64,000 nucleotides of DNA, taken from NCBI GenBank assembly GCA_964057225.1, contig OZ059896.1, positions 12,834,001 through 12,898,000 of the forward strand, in the 5' to 3' direction. The notes under the pieces are model-generated. The model was not told the DNA's origin. It did no database searches and was given only the letters and a program-made list of their open reading frames with translations. Origin of the DNA: Auanema rhodensis. Lineage: Eukaryota > Animalia > Nematoda. A program made the translations under genes and the position numbers. Positions 1 to 10,620 of the stretch are shown here, one piece after another (the first letter of the stretch is position 1; the number at the start of each line of letters is the position of its first letter).

Positions 1-1010
1 GGTTGAGAATACTGATAGCGTAGTTCACGAAGTAATTCTTTTGCTTTATATACCACAGAACGTGGATCTCCAAATGTGAAGTTGAGATAGTTTTGATATA
101 CTGTGAATATCAAAAATTCGAGTGGTGGCACATATTCTGTTTCGGATAAGATTGCAGGTATTTGTATCAATTCCCATAATTTATCTCTTGCAACCAAAAT
201 TGTAGAATTGCCTGGTTTAACTATTCTTTTTATATAATTGATAGGAAGTCGGTGTGCTAGTTGACCGATGACAAAACTAGGCTCCATTTGTTCGATCCAC
301 ATTTTTGTAATCATCTTGCTTTCTTCTCCTCCTAGAGCATGTAGTAAGAGAATATTCGGATCGCGGAAGTCTTTTAAATTTGCCCAGTAATCTATAGTGT
401 GCTTGGGGTGTGGGTGTTTTCCAAACTACTGAACCATCTCCAAATGTACAGCTTCCCATTTGAGCTTTACAGCCTTCTGCGTTGACAATTAAGTCAGATA
501 CAATAGTATTGTCCTTTAAATTTGTAATAACTCCTCGCTCCATCACAAATTGAGTTAAGTTGGCGCATTAAGTAAAACTGAAGAAACGTTCCGGTTCATA
601 TACTGGCTTAGGAGCTTCATATGTAAGTGGATTAGCGCTCAACAGTTTTTCATTTTTCCATTTCTTGTCTCGAGCAGCTATACGGCATTCTTCTACAGAT
701 ACATATCCATTACCAATGATGGTGTCGTTGTTTTCTCGGAACCAAAATTGATCCGTTACACATAATCGATAGATGCGTGTATAACACTTCCACGCTTCCC
801 ATGTTACGACGGTTTGTTTAGGAATGAACAATTCAACGTTAACTTGATGAGCTTGTTGAATTGCTTTCCGTTGGCATCCTGTTATCTCTGGTGGTGTCAT
901 CAGAAATCCTCCTTTATGAGCTAAACATAGTTGATATGAAGCATTCACAGTGGGAAGCAGAAATGTGCAGATTATTGTTGTGAGCAGGAATGGTAATGCA
1001 ATAGTATTTA
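1..1010 (-). pseudogene. env: env-like glycoprotein of element A (class III fusogen-like), broken by stops, frameshifts and deletions
   Basis: Signal peptide IALPFLLTTIICTFLLPTVNA|SYQLC, then GGFLMTPP..C, WEAWKCY, GCKAQMGSCTFGDGSVVW and basic SRRRRK (ORFs 568-948 and 277-546); aligns by eye with 30497-32975. Confidence 0.75.
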
Positions 1011-1936
1011 TATTGAATCGAGGTTTCCATCGTCTTTGATTGCCTTGATTCTCTTTTGGATAATTGTCGCGATTATTCCTAGAAAAGTTGTCTCGATTTT
1101 CTCTTTGATAATTGTTGCGAGTTTCTCTCTCGAATGATGATGACTCTCCATTGAGTAGTTGTTTCCATAATTTTGTCGAGGGCCAGAGTTCCTGCTGAAT
1201 TTATTTTTGAAATTCCTCCAAGGGTTTCTTGAATTGTTGCCATTGTTCCGTTCGAAATCTCGTGGCTGCTGATGGTTTTACTGCAGAAATCAACTCTTGC
1301 ATAGTTGAGTTTTCTTCATGCTGTTTCTTATAGTTAGCACGAATTGCTTCTTCAAAACGTGCTGTCCTTTTTGCTTCCTCAAAAGTCTTCGGATCTTTTC
1401 CTTGAACAATTATGCCTAAATCAGCGTTCAATCCATTTAAGAAAGCTGATCTTAATATGAGCTCTCTTTCTCGATCAGTTGGGCTCATAATACTGGAAGC
1501 CATTTCTTCCAAGTATGAGGCAAACTGAGTAACAGTTTTCTCTCCTTGCGTCGAGCGTAGCAACTTCGCGATCGTGAAATTCCTTTCCGTGGCAGGGCAA
1601 AGTAACTCTGCCAATTGTGAAACAAGGTCTTTCCAAGGCCCTCGTTCACGAATTTCGGAAGGAATCGAGTTATATGCAGAGATCGCAGAATCATTCTGCT
1701 GAAGCAGCAGAGGAAGAATCGTATTTGGGGCAGTGTGGACTGCCTAGAACTTTTGTTAAGGTTTTGGTCAACTCTGGAGATGCCATTAAATTAGGCGTTT
1801 CCAGAGTTGAATCTCTGTTTGATTGCTCATGTGGTCTCATGTTGAGTAGGAGCTTCAGAGGTAGTTTTTCGCGCTGGGGAGTTTTTTCTTCTTTCGGTGT
1901 TACAGCCAAGTGTGTTGGCGTTTTTTCGTCGTCCAA
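1011..1936 (-). pseudogene. gag: gag of element A (fragmented)
   Basis: CPKYD, MHR-like QGEKTVTQFASYLEEMA and AFLNGL motifs, then an N/R-rich region; frameshifts and a deletion relative to element B. Confidence 0.8.
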
Positions 1937-2901
1937 TGGACTTAAATCGTTGTCAAACGAGTCGTCACTATCGGGAAAAGGAAATCGAGAAATACGATTT
2001 CTCTTGTCTCTTAATCTTTGAGAGATACGGAAAGGCGTATCCGTATAATTATTCTTGGAGGTTGCCGTTTTGGAAAAGGAGGAAAGTCAGAACAATCTAC
2101 AATGTAAAATAGTGGAATAAGTTAGTAAACAAGATAAGAATATGAATAGTTGATAGTGAATAAGCTAGTGAATAACATGAAAAAAAAATTGAAGAAGAAA
2201 AAAAAAGATATATAATAATATGGGTTGAAGATTAATTAATTAATGAATTCATAGAAAAACAAACTATAGAGAGGACAAAAAAAAAGTGTGAATATAATTA
2301 ATTGTTAAGATGATGATAGGATATGATTATGTGACAATGTGATTCATAAATTAGAGAAGTGAGTATGGCGGACAAATCAAAATCTCAATTGTTACTGAAT
2401 AACAATGAATTACCAAACAAGGCATCTTTCAAATTCCAAAGTCTTTGTTTCAACTTGAATCAACAATCAAAAAATTATGAGAGGAAGGTTTAAATTCAAA
2501 TATGACAAATGATACAGCGGATGTTATTTTCTTACAGTGGCCATTCTGTTAGTACAAACTTGTAATCTTTATCAAAAATATCGCAAATTGACTTTATTAA
2601 GGTCCAATTTTGCTTATATCAAACAGCTTTTCCATTTCCAAAAAATATATATTTTTCGCCACAATGAAAAATCAAAAATACAACTGCGCAGAAACAAAAA
2701 GAAATCGAAAAGTTGGCCAATTCAGTATCTCACCCTTGCGCAAAATATCAACCCTGTTTATTAAAAAAATGAGTGAGACCCTTCGTACTGAATTGGAAAG
2801 AGAGGTGGTAGCCCAGGGAAATAGCTCAAAAAAATATATTCTCTTTAACTGAATGATAATTCATAATTTAATCGAGTTCGAAAAACGTAAAAAGATTCTA
2901 A

Positions 2902-2914
2902 GGTGGAACCTCCA
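2902..2914 (-). promoter_or_regulatory. primer binding site, tRNA-Gln (TGGAGGTTCCACC)
   Basis: Directly inside the LTR; complementary to GGTGGAACCT-CCA; identical to the PBS at 35241-35253. Confidence 0.85.
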
Positions 2915-3316
2915 TGTAATATCCTTGATTTGGATATTAATGTTCCATGTTATTGACCCTTAGATTGATGTGTTGTAAAGGAAACAATAAGATTTGAGGA
3001 AGAGAGAAAGATTTATTATAAATAAAAAAACATTTAAACAATAAACAAATAAAGATAAAGATAAGTCCGCCAACTGAAGATTCAGTTGAATGGCAAACTT
3101 ATATAGCGAATGTTATCAGCATTTTCCACGAAAGGTTATAAGTTGTCAATGACAATTATAACTATCTCAGAAAATGCTGAGGCTGCAAAGTATAACTGAT
3201 AACATAATACACTAAGACAAGAAACTAGAATTATAAAATATAAAATATAAAACACAGAATAAAGAAATACATAAAAATTATAGAAAGAATAAAGTAAAGA
3301 ATTATAAAGTATAACA
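2915..3316 (-). repeat. 5' LTR of element A (about 402 bp)
   Basis: TGTAATA...TATAACA termini, adjacent PBS, AATAAA on the minus strand near 3013-3018, and BEL env sequence resumes at 3317. The partner LTR is not in the window. Confidence 0.7.
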
Positions 3317-4040
3317 GTGTTGGATAATTATATGGTTCGAATTCAGAAATACGAGAGCGATGATTCATAGTTTCACAAGTTTGATCACAAGATCCCATAT
3401 GAGCACATCGAAAATTAACGGTTAGTTTAGGCAAAGTAGCCTTTGTAAAAAATTTTGTGGTTTTCTTACATTCAAAACTTGTATATAATTTTCGAATTTA
3501 AATATAACCAATAGAATGATTTTTAAATTTTATATCCATATATAACGATTCAGATAATGTGTAGAAACCGAATGAATAACGTGATGATCGGTACAAGCAG
3601 TAGCATTATTGATAAAAAATATTGTAAGTATACTGATAATTGATAATCGAGAACCTCTTTTCCAAAATGGAGGATATAATTTAGGTTCTATATGTGGAAT
3701 ATTCTCAGATGAAGTTGGAGGAGGTTCAATAACTCCTAATTCAATATCATTCTGTTCCGGAGTATGAGGTCTAAGTGTGAAAAAAGAAGATATGTAACGA
3801 ATATCATTAGACCAGGAATTATATCGATATTGATGGAATCCTATGCGTATACAACAACAAAGGATGCCAAATAAACAACAAAGTGGTAAGAACAATGACC
3901 ACATGGCAAGATGAGGAGCACAATGTGGGTTTCCAAGCAAATGTATGGATAAAAACTTTGCCTCATCACATACTATAGAATTTGCAGATGCTACGGGTAA
4001 AAATATCGATATTATTGTAAAAATTAAAATTGCAGACGTC
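3317..4040 (-). pseudogene. env: phlebovirus Gn/Gc-like (class II) env remnant of BEL 1, internally deleted and interrupted by element A
   Basis: Signal AILIFTIISIFLPVASA, NPHC plus TM, second signal IISILTIFFINNATA|C, then FECKKTTKFFT..RCAHMGSCDQTC..EFEPYNYP. This Cys pattern is typical of nematode BEL (Cer13/Atlas-type) Gc. Confidence 0.7.
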
Positions 4041-7000
4041 ATTGCTGATTTGAAATTCTTTCGCGAAGCGTATGTGATGTGATCTTGTAAAGGTAAAGTG
4101 TGAACACGTTTTTCGTTTGTTTCAGTAGATGGTTTTACGTCGTTTTGGTCAATGGTAGTCAAAATTATGGTTAATTTATTTCTTTGTATTGCTTTTTTCA
4201 TTGCATTTTTAGTAATTCCCACCATTCTTTCCCAAGAACCTCCTTTCCATGGAGACTTAGGTGTGTTAAAGAGCCAATTTATGTTATTTTTGGCTAGATG
4301 GACTACAATATCAGCTGGAGTGAAATTAAATTCAGCTGATTTTTGTATTGTCTCAATTAATTGAGCTCCGAGAATAAAATTACCCCCACAATCACTTCGC
4401 ATTGTGGTTGGTAAACCTCGTTGGGCTATGAAACGAGTGAAAGTGTTCATAAATGAAGTCGCTGTTTGATCATAGACCATTTCAAGATGAATGGCACGTA
4501 TGGTTAAGCAAGTAAAAAGACATACATAGACCTTATGTCCACTTTTAAGCATAATAGGTCCAAATAAGTCGCAACCAGTGTTAAGAAATGGTTTAGTTAA
4601 TATCACTCTATCTTTAGGCAATGAAGGCATATCAGGAGTGCCAAATGGTAAAGATTGATATTTATTGCATAAATGACATTTCTTTAAAGTTTGTTTTATA
4701 ATTGCTGCAGCGCGAGCAATAAAATAAGTTTGACGAAGATGTGTGATCAAAAATTCTTTTCCTTGATGAAAAGATGCGCGATGAGCGTCCATAATTATGT
4801 GTTGAGTGAATAATGAGTTGCGAGGAAGATAAATTGGGTTTTTTGTATCATAGGATAGTAAAGAATTTTGTAATCGGCTTCTTACTCGAATTATCTCGTT
4901 ATCATCATGATAGAAATGATAACCAGGATATTGTCGTCGTAAATAATCAATAATGAGATGATCTTGAGCTTGTCGAATTAAAATAGTACGTATTATCTTC
5001 AAATCAGTTGTTAAAACGGGATATGATGTTGATATTTGTGAAATATTCCGTAATTTATGTCCATTTTGATTTTTAAATGTTTTTAAATGCCAAATTTTTA
5101 TAATTTTAGCCAAACGGGCTAACAAACGTAAAGTTGCAAAATGACCGTTGTGATAAGCTAGGTTATGTTCCAAGGGTACAGATATAGCTTGAGCTATAAG
5201 TAATGATACAGGTGAAACATGCATCACTTGCAAGGAACCATATGGTATTAAAGCTTGAACGGTTCTGTTAAGAATCCACTGTGGTCCAAGAAGCCACATA
5301 GATTCCTGAAGTTGATATTTATTGGCTCCTTGTGAACCAATGTCAGCCGGATTATAATCCGTAGTAACATGGTAAAATTGAACATTAATCGAATGTTCTT
5401 CTAATACACGGGTCATATGTTGTACATTTTGAACTTGTTTTGCTATGAAGTCAGGTAATTGCTTATTTGTTAAAATCCATGATAACGCAATGCTGCTATC
5501 ACTTACAATATTTAGTTTTTTACATGGTAATTCCATTAATATTGTGTGAGAAAGTCTCATAGCTAATCGAATAGCTAAGAGTTCCATGCGTGGAATTGTA
5601 ATTGGTGTTTTAGGAGATAAGCGGCTTTTACCTGCTAGAATAGAACTCATTTTGTTGTTTGTCTGTATGTAAGCACACACAGCTAACGCTGTTGAACTAG
5701 CGTCAGCAAAGACCCATAATGTACCTTCTTCAATAGATGGTGATAGTACACGAGGTACAGTAACCTTAGCATAATTAATCTCGTTAATTATTGATGTCCA
5801 AGAGGCTGATAATTCAGAAGGTATAGTATCATCCCATTCTGTTTTAAGTGCAAAATTATCTCTAAGAATAACCTTCAAGGGTAAAATTAATGGATTTGTT
5901 ATGCCCAAAGGATCATAAACTGAATGTAATTGTTGTAATGCGTTTCGTTTGGTTACTGTTGAGAGTTCCGGTATATTGAATCGAATTGAAAGGGAATCAC
6001 TTAGAGCATTATAAGGTACTCCAAGAATTTTTAGTGCACAATCATAGAGAATATCATCTTTATGAAGGTGCTGAAGAGCTTCTGACTTATTTAATGCGAA
6101 TTCACGAACATGCATCGAAATATTTTGAAATAATTGTTGTGTAAGTGAACATTTCTGTTGAGCTTCATCTATACTATCAGCAAATAATAGAATATTATCT
6201 ACATATAATGTATTTAATATTTCATCTGATAAGTCAGTATTCAAAGAGCTTAAATACCAATTTACACTCATGTTTAGAATGCTAGGTGAGGCAGTCAATC
6301 CAAATGGTATGCGTTTGAATCGAAAAACCTTAGTATTACTTGAGTTACAACTTCCTTGAGGATCCTTTACCCAAAAGAAACGGCAAAGATCCCGATGTTG
6401 CTTCTGTAAGCCTACTTGTAAAAAGGCTGATTGAATATCACAAGTAATAATGATTGGTTTTATTCTTGAAGCAATTAGAATGTTGAAAATATTGTTCACA
6501 AAACTTTTTCCAGTATATAGTATGTCGTTAAGGGATAATTTACCCTTAGGTTTAGCTGAAGCATCGAAAACAACTCGTAAAGGTTTATTCGGCTTGTTTG
6601 TATTCCATACCCCATGATGTGGAATATAATGACATATAATATCAGAATTATGATTATTGTTGGAAGTTTCAAAAGGAACTTCTTCAATGATACCGTTATC
6701 GATATAATCATCAATAATTTTCCTGTACATTTCCAATTTCGAAGGATTTGCTTGTAAACTTTTGAACAATGCCAAAAATCGATAAAAGGCTAAACCTTTA
6801 TTATTTGGTAATTGATGATAATTTGATTTCAATGGTAAAGGAGCTTCAATACGATGATTGGTTAGTGTCAACTGTTTTGAATAATCTTCGTAATAATCAA
6901 TAGTTGTGTCAATTCCAGCTTCAGAAGTATTAATTCCTAAGCTATGAATTTCAAATATGTATCGAAGCATATCATTATGTTGTAATGGTTTATCATTAAT

Positions 7001-7756
7001 TGTTATTAACGTAACAGAATGATTTTGATATGGTATTTCCCCATACAAGGTATAACCGAAACTGGTATTCTGCATTCTTAATGTAGAGGGTAACTCAAGT
7101 TCAGAATTCATATGAACGAATAACTTATAGCGATCTAATCCAATTAGAATATCTGGTTTAAATACCTGACCATCAATCATTGGATTAGCTAAAGTTATAT
7201 TGTTTCTTTTAATAAATGAACGATCATTATTGTCTAAAAGTGGAGCTCTTAATGATGTAGCTATGAATGGTTTCGTAAGCATGTTGGTTATGATGATACT
7301 GCCATTAGAAGTATGAAAAATAGTTTTCACTTCTTTACATTCATGTGTTTCGCTGAGGCCACCTATTCCAAAGAATGTGCGATGTTGAACTTTGTTAATA
7401 GGCAATTGAAGATCCTTAGCTATATCACTACGTATGAAAGACCGCATAGAGCCACTGTCAATCACTACCTTTACTGTGATATATTTATTTTGTGTGTAAC
7501 TGAATATATGTGTCATAGCTGTTTTCAATACAATTTGACTCATCTCGATATCATGGGTATCCTCGGTATGTGTAAGCAATTTTAATTGTGTATTCTTAGG
7601 TTCAGTAACTATTAATGTTACTGGTAGATGATTGAAAAATGCTGGTTGTACTGTAGGTACTGTTTGTGATACAGTTGGTGTAGAAATGATGTCATTTTTA
7701 TTTTGTGAGACTGTAAGGTCTGGAGTTTGTTGTCCTGCACTTTCTGTTATGATCAT
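3530..7756 (-). CDS. pol: BEL/Pao Pol polyprotein (aspartic protease, RT, RNase H, integrase with deleted C-terminus) running into the env remnant
   Basis: IDSGSMRSFI; RVVFDASAK, DIQSAFLQV, RIPFGLTASP, LYVDN; YDPLG; FADASSTA; H-H-C-C zinc finger, GCDLFGP, RSDCG, WERMVG. Confidence 0.92.
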   Translation of the reverse strand: MIITESAGQQTPDLTVSQNKNDIISTPTVSQTVPTVQPAFFNHLPVTLIVTEPKNTQLKLLTHTEDTHDIEMSQIVLKTAMTHIFSYTQNKYITVKVVIDSGSMRSFIRSDIAKDLQLPINKVQHRTFFGIGGLSETHECKEVKTIFHTSNGSIIITNMLTKPFIATSLRAPLLDNNDRSFIKRNNITLANPMIDGQVFKPDILIGLDRYKLFVHMNSELELPSTLRMQNTSFGYTLYGEIPYQNHSVTLITINDKPLQHNDMLRYIFEIHSLGINTSEAGIDTTIDYYEDYSKQLTLTNHRIEAPLPLKSNYHQLPNNKGLAFYRFLALFKSLQANPSKLEMYRKIIDDYIDNGIIEEVPFETSNNNHNSDIICHYIPHHGVWNTNKPNKPLRVVFDASAKPKGKLSLNDILYTGKSFVNNIFNILIASRIKPIIITCDIQSAFLQVGLQKQHRDLCRFFWVKDPQGSCNSSNTKVFRFKRIPFGLTASPSILNMSVNWYLSSLNTDLSDEILNTLYVDNILLFADSIDEAQQKCSLTQQLFQNISMHVREFALNKSEALQHLHKDDILYDCALKILGVPYNALSDSLSIRFNIPELSTVTKRNALQQLHSVYDPLGITNPLILPLKVILRDNFALKTEWDDTIPSELSASWTSIINEINYAKVTVPRVLSPSIEEGTLWVFADASSTALAVCAYIQTNNKMSSILAGKSRLSPKTPITIPRMELLAIRLAMRLSHTILMELPCKKLNIVSDSSIALSWILTNKQLPDFIAKQVQNVQHMTRVLEEHSINVQFYHVTTDYNPADIGSQGANKYQLQESMWLLGPQWILNRTVQALIPYGSLQVMHVSPVSLLIAQAISVPLEHNLAYHNGHFATLRLLARLAKIIKIWHLKTFKNQNGHKLRNISQISTSYPVLTTDLKIIRTILIRQAQDHLIIDYLRRQYPGYHFYHDDNEIIRVRSRLQNSLLSYDTKNPIYLPRNSLFTQHIIMDAHRASFHQGKEFLITHLRQTYFIARAAAIIKQTLKKCHLCNKYQSLPFGTPDMPSLPKDRVILTKPFLNTGCDLFGPIMLKSGHKVYVCLFTCLTIRAIHLEMVYDQTATSFMNTFTRFIAQRGLPTTMRSDCGGNFILGAQLIETIQKSAEFNFTPADIVVHLAKNNINWLFNTPKSPWKGGSWERMVGITKNAMKKAIQRNKLTIILTTIDQNDVKPSTETNEKRVHTLPLQDHITYASRKNFKSAMTSAILIFTIISIFLPVASANSIVCDEAKFLSIHLLGNPHCAPHLAMWSLFLPLCCLFGILCCCIRIGFHQYRYNSWSNDIRYISSFFTLRPHTPEQNDIELGVIEPPPTSSENIPHIEPKLYPPFWKRGSRLSIISILTIFFINNATACTDHHVIHSVSTHYLNRYIWI

Positions 7757-7806
7757 GCTTGTGGACGATATAGGTTTTACAGGACTCTTTGTTTCACGAT
7801 CTAAAT

Positions 7807-9116
7807 TTAGACATAACTGTTATGCTCATTTTTGCATTTCGGGCATTTCGGTCGAGAACAATCACGACTGCGATGTGAAGTAAAGAAACAAAACCAGCAT
7901 ACTTCTTTGTTCTTTAAGATTTCACGTTTTTTCTGTGGTGTGTCATAAGTACGGCAATAATAAGATGGATGTCCTTCTTTACCACAAAAAACACAAGTCC
8001 AAATCTTTTTAGTGGATTTGTCGAAAGTTTTATCAACATGTTTTCCACGATTTGGTGAATTATGTGAGTCATGTTCTGAATTTCGTTTTCTAGTGTCCAT
8101 TAAACTGAATTCATAAATTCGTGAAGAGAGATGTGGATAAATGTCATCCATTGATTGATCTAGAGGATCTGGTTGACGATATAGTTCACTCATTATATAA
8201 TGAGGAAATTTTTCAGCGCAAATAGTAAAAAAAAATGCAGGACAAATATGACTTCCAGCGGCTGTAATTTGACGATCATAGCTTTGGATCAAATCAAATA
8301 ATTGCTTACAGCTTTTTGCATCAGAAGCAGGAGATAAATTTTTCATTTTCCTCAATAATTGAAGTTTATCTGTAGCATATCTCATATATGCATCTTCAAG
8401 TGCTTTTCTCAGTAAGAGATAGTCGTTTTCATTAGGTTCAATTCCCCTTATAACGACCAAAGCTTTATCGGATAAGCCTTCGAGTAAAATATTCACTTTA
8501 TCAAGTATGGAATATTGTGAATTTTGATGTATCATGTTATTAAATCTTGACCAATAGAGTTTGAAATTTTCGGGTGTACCATCGAAAGTCGGTATTTGTG
8601 TTACCGGACGTTGAATGTGATTGCTTGTTTGTAAGAATTGTAATAAATTGTAATAAATTTGTGTTGTTTCGGTACCAGTGCTTTCGATTACTTTTTCGTT
8701 CTTTTTCTCGGGAAGTAGTGATTCCACGAATGCAATTGCTGTTTTAATATGACTGATACGTTCAAGGAGTAATAATCTTTGTTCGTCAGCTATATTGTAA
8801 GTTTGACGATTGTTTGGATTTTCTTCAAGTTCTTTGTATAATGCTTTCATTTCGTTTCGAAGTTCCTTATCAGAATCTTTGAAAACGGTTTGGTATTTTC
8901 TATGTTTCTGTTCACTGTGTCGAGAGCAGTAGAGAGCTCGTTCAATACCAATTCATGATTGCGTAAAGTTGATTGCAGTAAAATAATTCTATCGTATGTT
9001 ATTTCTGAATCAGATACCCCGGCGGGTTCGTTGTCGAGAAGATTTGCGTAACGTTTGAGCAAAACGGATAAGAAGTCGTATGAACGACGAATTTCGTCAA
9101 CAAATGAGGAGGCCAT
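7807..9116 (-). pseudogene. gag: BEL/Pao Gag (frameshift near 8848)
   Basis: IPTFDGTPENFKLYWSRF (DUF1759-type motif); knuckles CVFCGKEGHPSYYC, CWFCFFTSHRSRDC, CPKCKNEH. Confidence 0.88.
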
Positions 9117-9385
9117 TTCTAACGCTGTGTGAGGCGTAATAGGTAAGCTTCTATAGCTGATAATGATGAATAAAATTCAAAAAATGAGAGAGAACAAGAA
9201 GTGAAAGTTGTACAAAGTACAACAAATGAGTATGAGATATACGACTTGTCGTATCTTGGAGCGTTATTATGCTCCGAAATTATATCGATTACTGCAGGCA
9301 AATTCACGCCTGAGCTGATGGACTTAAGAGTCGCCACCAAATTAAATGATAAAGTACCTGTTGAAGCAGTGACCTGAGTCGTGAT

Positions 9386-9398
9386 GGTCGATGCACCA
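9386..9398 (-). promoter_or_regulatory. primer binding site, tRNA-Gly (TGGTGCATCGACC)
   Basis: 1 bp inside the LTR end; complementary to GGTCGATGCA-CCA, the tRNA-Gly(GCC) 3' end as I recall it. Confidence 0.85.
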
Positions 9399-9399
9399 A

Positions 9400-9705
9400 T
9401 GTCGCTTCGGCGAAGGTATTCCGTGTGATAGTTTTCCGCTGAGAATCGAATAACAAATAATCAGTGGTAGAATGCTTTATTAAAGAACTAACAATTCAAC
9501 AAAATATAGATCGTCTATAGTCCGTTGAGGTTTGGTTGAGGTATATCTTGTATTTTTCGATCCCAAAGATGAAGATATAGGAAGGCGGGCCGAAAAGTAC
9601 AATCTGAAATAGACAAAGTAAAGAAAAACGATAAAAACAAAACTGAAATGGAACAAAACATAGAAAAAAAGATAAAAAAAGAAAAAATAATCGCTAACCG
9701 CGACA
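9400..9705 (-). repeat. 5' LTR of BEL 1 (306 bp)
   Basis: Perfect 6-bp inverted termini TGTCGC...GCGACA, AATAAA (minus) near 9477-9482, adjacent PBS; the tRNA-unit flank resumes at 9706. Confidence 0.82.
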
Positions 9706-9758
9706 AAAAGGGAGGATTGAATCTCATATATGACAATTCTCTTGTGAGATATTACAGT

Positions 9759-9830
9759 GGTTCCGTGGTGTAGTGGTTAGCACTCAGGACTCTGAATCCT
9801 GCGACCCGAGTTCAAATCTCGGCGGAACCT
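9759..9830 (+). tRNA. tRNA-Gln-CTG: tRNA-Gln (anticodon CTG), intact
   Basis: 72 nt, GGTTCCG/CGGAACC acceptor stem, A box TGGTGTAGTGG, CAGGA-CTCTGAA-TCCTG anticodon arm, GTTCAAATC T-loop, oligo-T terminator at 9836-9841. Confidence 0.97.
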
Positions 9831-10610
9831 TCAACTTTTTTATGTTTCTTTAGTTTTTGTCTGGAACTTTGAGTATTCGAAAATAAATATTTACTACACT
9901 AGCAAGCGGAAGAAAACCTTATACTAGTTCATTGTTTTTTTTTAAATTTGTTTCGGTATATTTATTTTTTCACTCTCAAATCGGCAAGCACCTGCTGCAC
10001 ATGTGCGAGTATTCGAGTAACCGATGCCCAAACGAGCCACGCTTAGAAAATGAGGCTGACATAACACGTTTTTCACTCCTACCCAGATTGATTGCTTTAG
10101 AGACATTCCTGTCTTATCTCATTATATTCTCTATTTTGATTTTTCTAAATTTTCATTAATGTATAATTCAAACTGTAATTTCTTGTGATCAGATTGTTAA
10201 TCGTTATATCTGTGAACGTTTCTCGCAAAATAGTAAGTAGAGTGTTCAGTTGTGCCCACTCAACAAAGAAAGTAGAAGAACACATATATTTAGAGCAAAA
10301 AAAGTGCGGAAAAGTCGTTATCTCGTTAACATCAGTTTCACTGCCCAAAACTCTGTTTCTTAATGTCCGAGGTCATATGATGAAATCTAATTTCGCACTT
10401 AGTTGTTGAAAATCAAACAAGATTCTTCTCAATTGACCACAACTACAGCACCAAACTTGGAAAAGTACAATCAGCTGAGTTCAAACTTCGAGAAAGTTAA
10501 AATTTCGAATCTCCTCTCAATCATTTTGTTCCTCCTTCTTTCTTTTTTGTTTTACACAAAAGGGAGGATTAAATCTCATATATGACAATTCTCTTGTGAG
10601 AAATTACAGT

Positions 10611-10620
10611 GGTTCCGTGG
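10611..10620 (+). pseudogene. 5' 10 nt of a second tRNA-Gln copy, cut inside the A box
   Basis: GGTTCCGTGG with about 50 bp of conserved upstream flank, followed by unrelated sequence. Confidence 0.85.

Larger units (their letters stand above)
1..3316 (-). mobile_element. Ty3/Gypsy-type LTR retrotransposon A (gag-env type), 5' portion, decayed; continues beyond the window start
   Basis: LTR 2915-3316, PBS 2902-2914, and gag and env fragments homologous to the element at 25762-35634 (SIPSEIRERGPWKDLVSQLAELLCPATERNFTIA vs SIPSGIRTNGPWIVLMDQLTELLAPKTDKNFTIA; WEAWKCY in both). It interrupts the env of the BEL element at 3317. Confidence 0.85.
3317..9705 (-). mobile_element. BEL/Pao LTR retrotransposon 1 with env remnant
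   Basis: LTR 9400-9705, tRNA-Gly PBS, gag with three Cys/His knuckles, pol in the order PR-RT(YVDN)-RH-IN, env-like tail. Confidence 0.93.
9706..10620 (+). repeat. tRNA-Gln tandem repeat unit (period 852 bp)
   Basis: The upstream flank GGGAGGATT.AATCTCATATATGACAATTCTCTTGTGAG and the tRNA 5' end recur at 10561-10620 (tRNA starts 9759 and 10611). Confidence 0.9.

Noticed and set aside
2100-2900. ORFs 2537-2764 and 2610-2852 as genes
   Set aside because: Antisense, low-complexity frames within the 5' leader of element A.
9932-10585. Short ORFs in the tRNA repeat spacer (also 13328-13534, 17222-17975)
   Set aside because: No motifs, mostly non-ATG starts, and frames not preserved between the forward and inverted unit copies.
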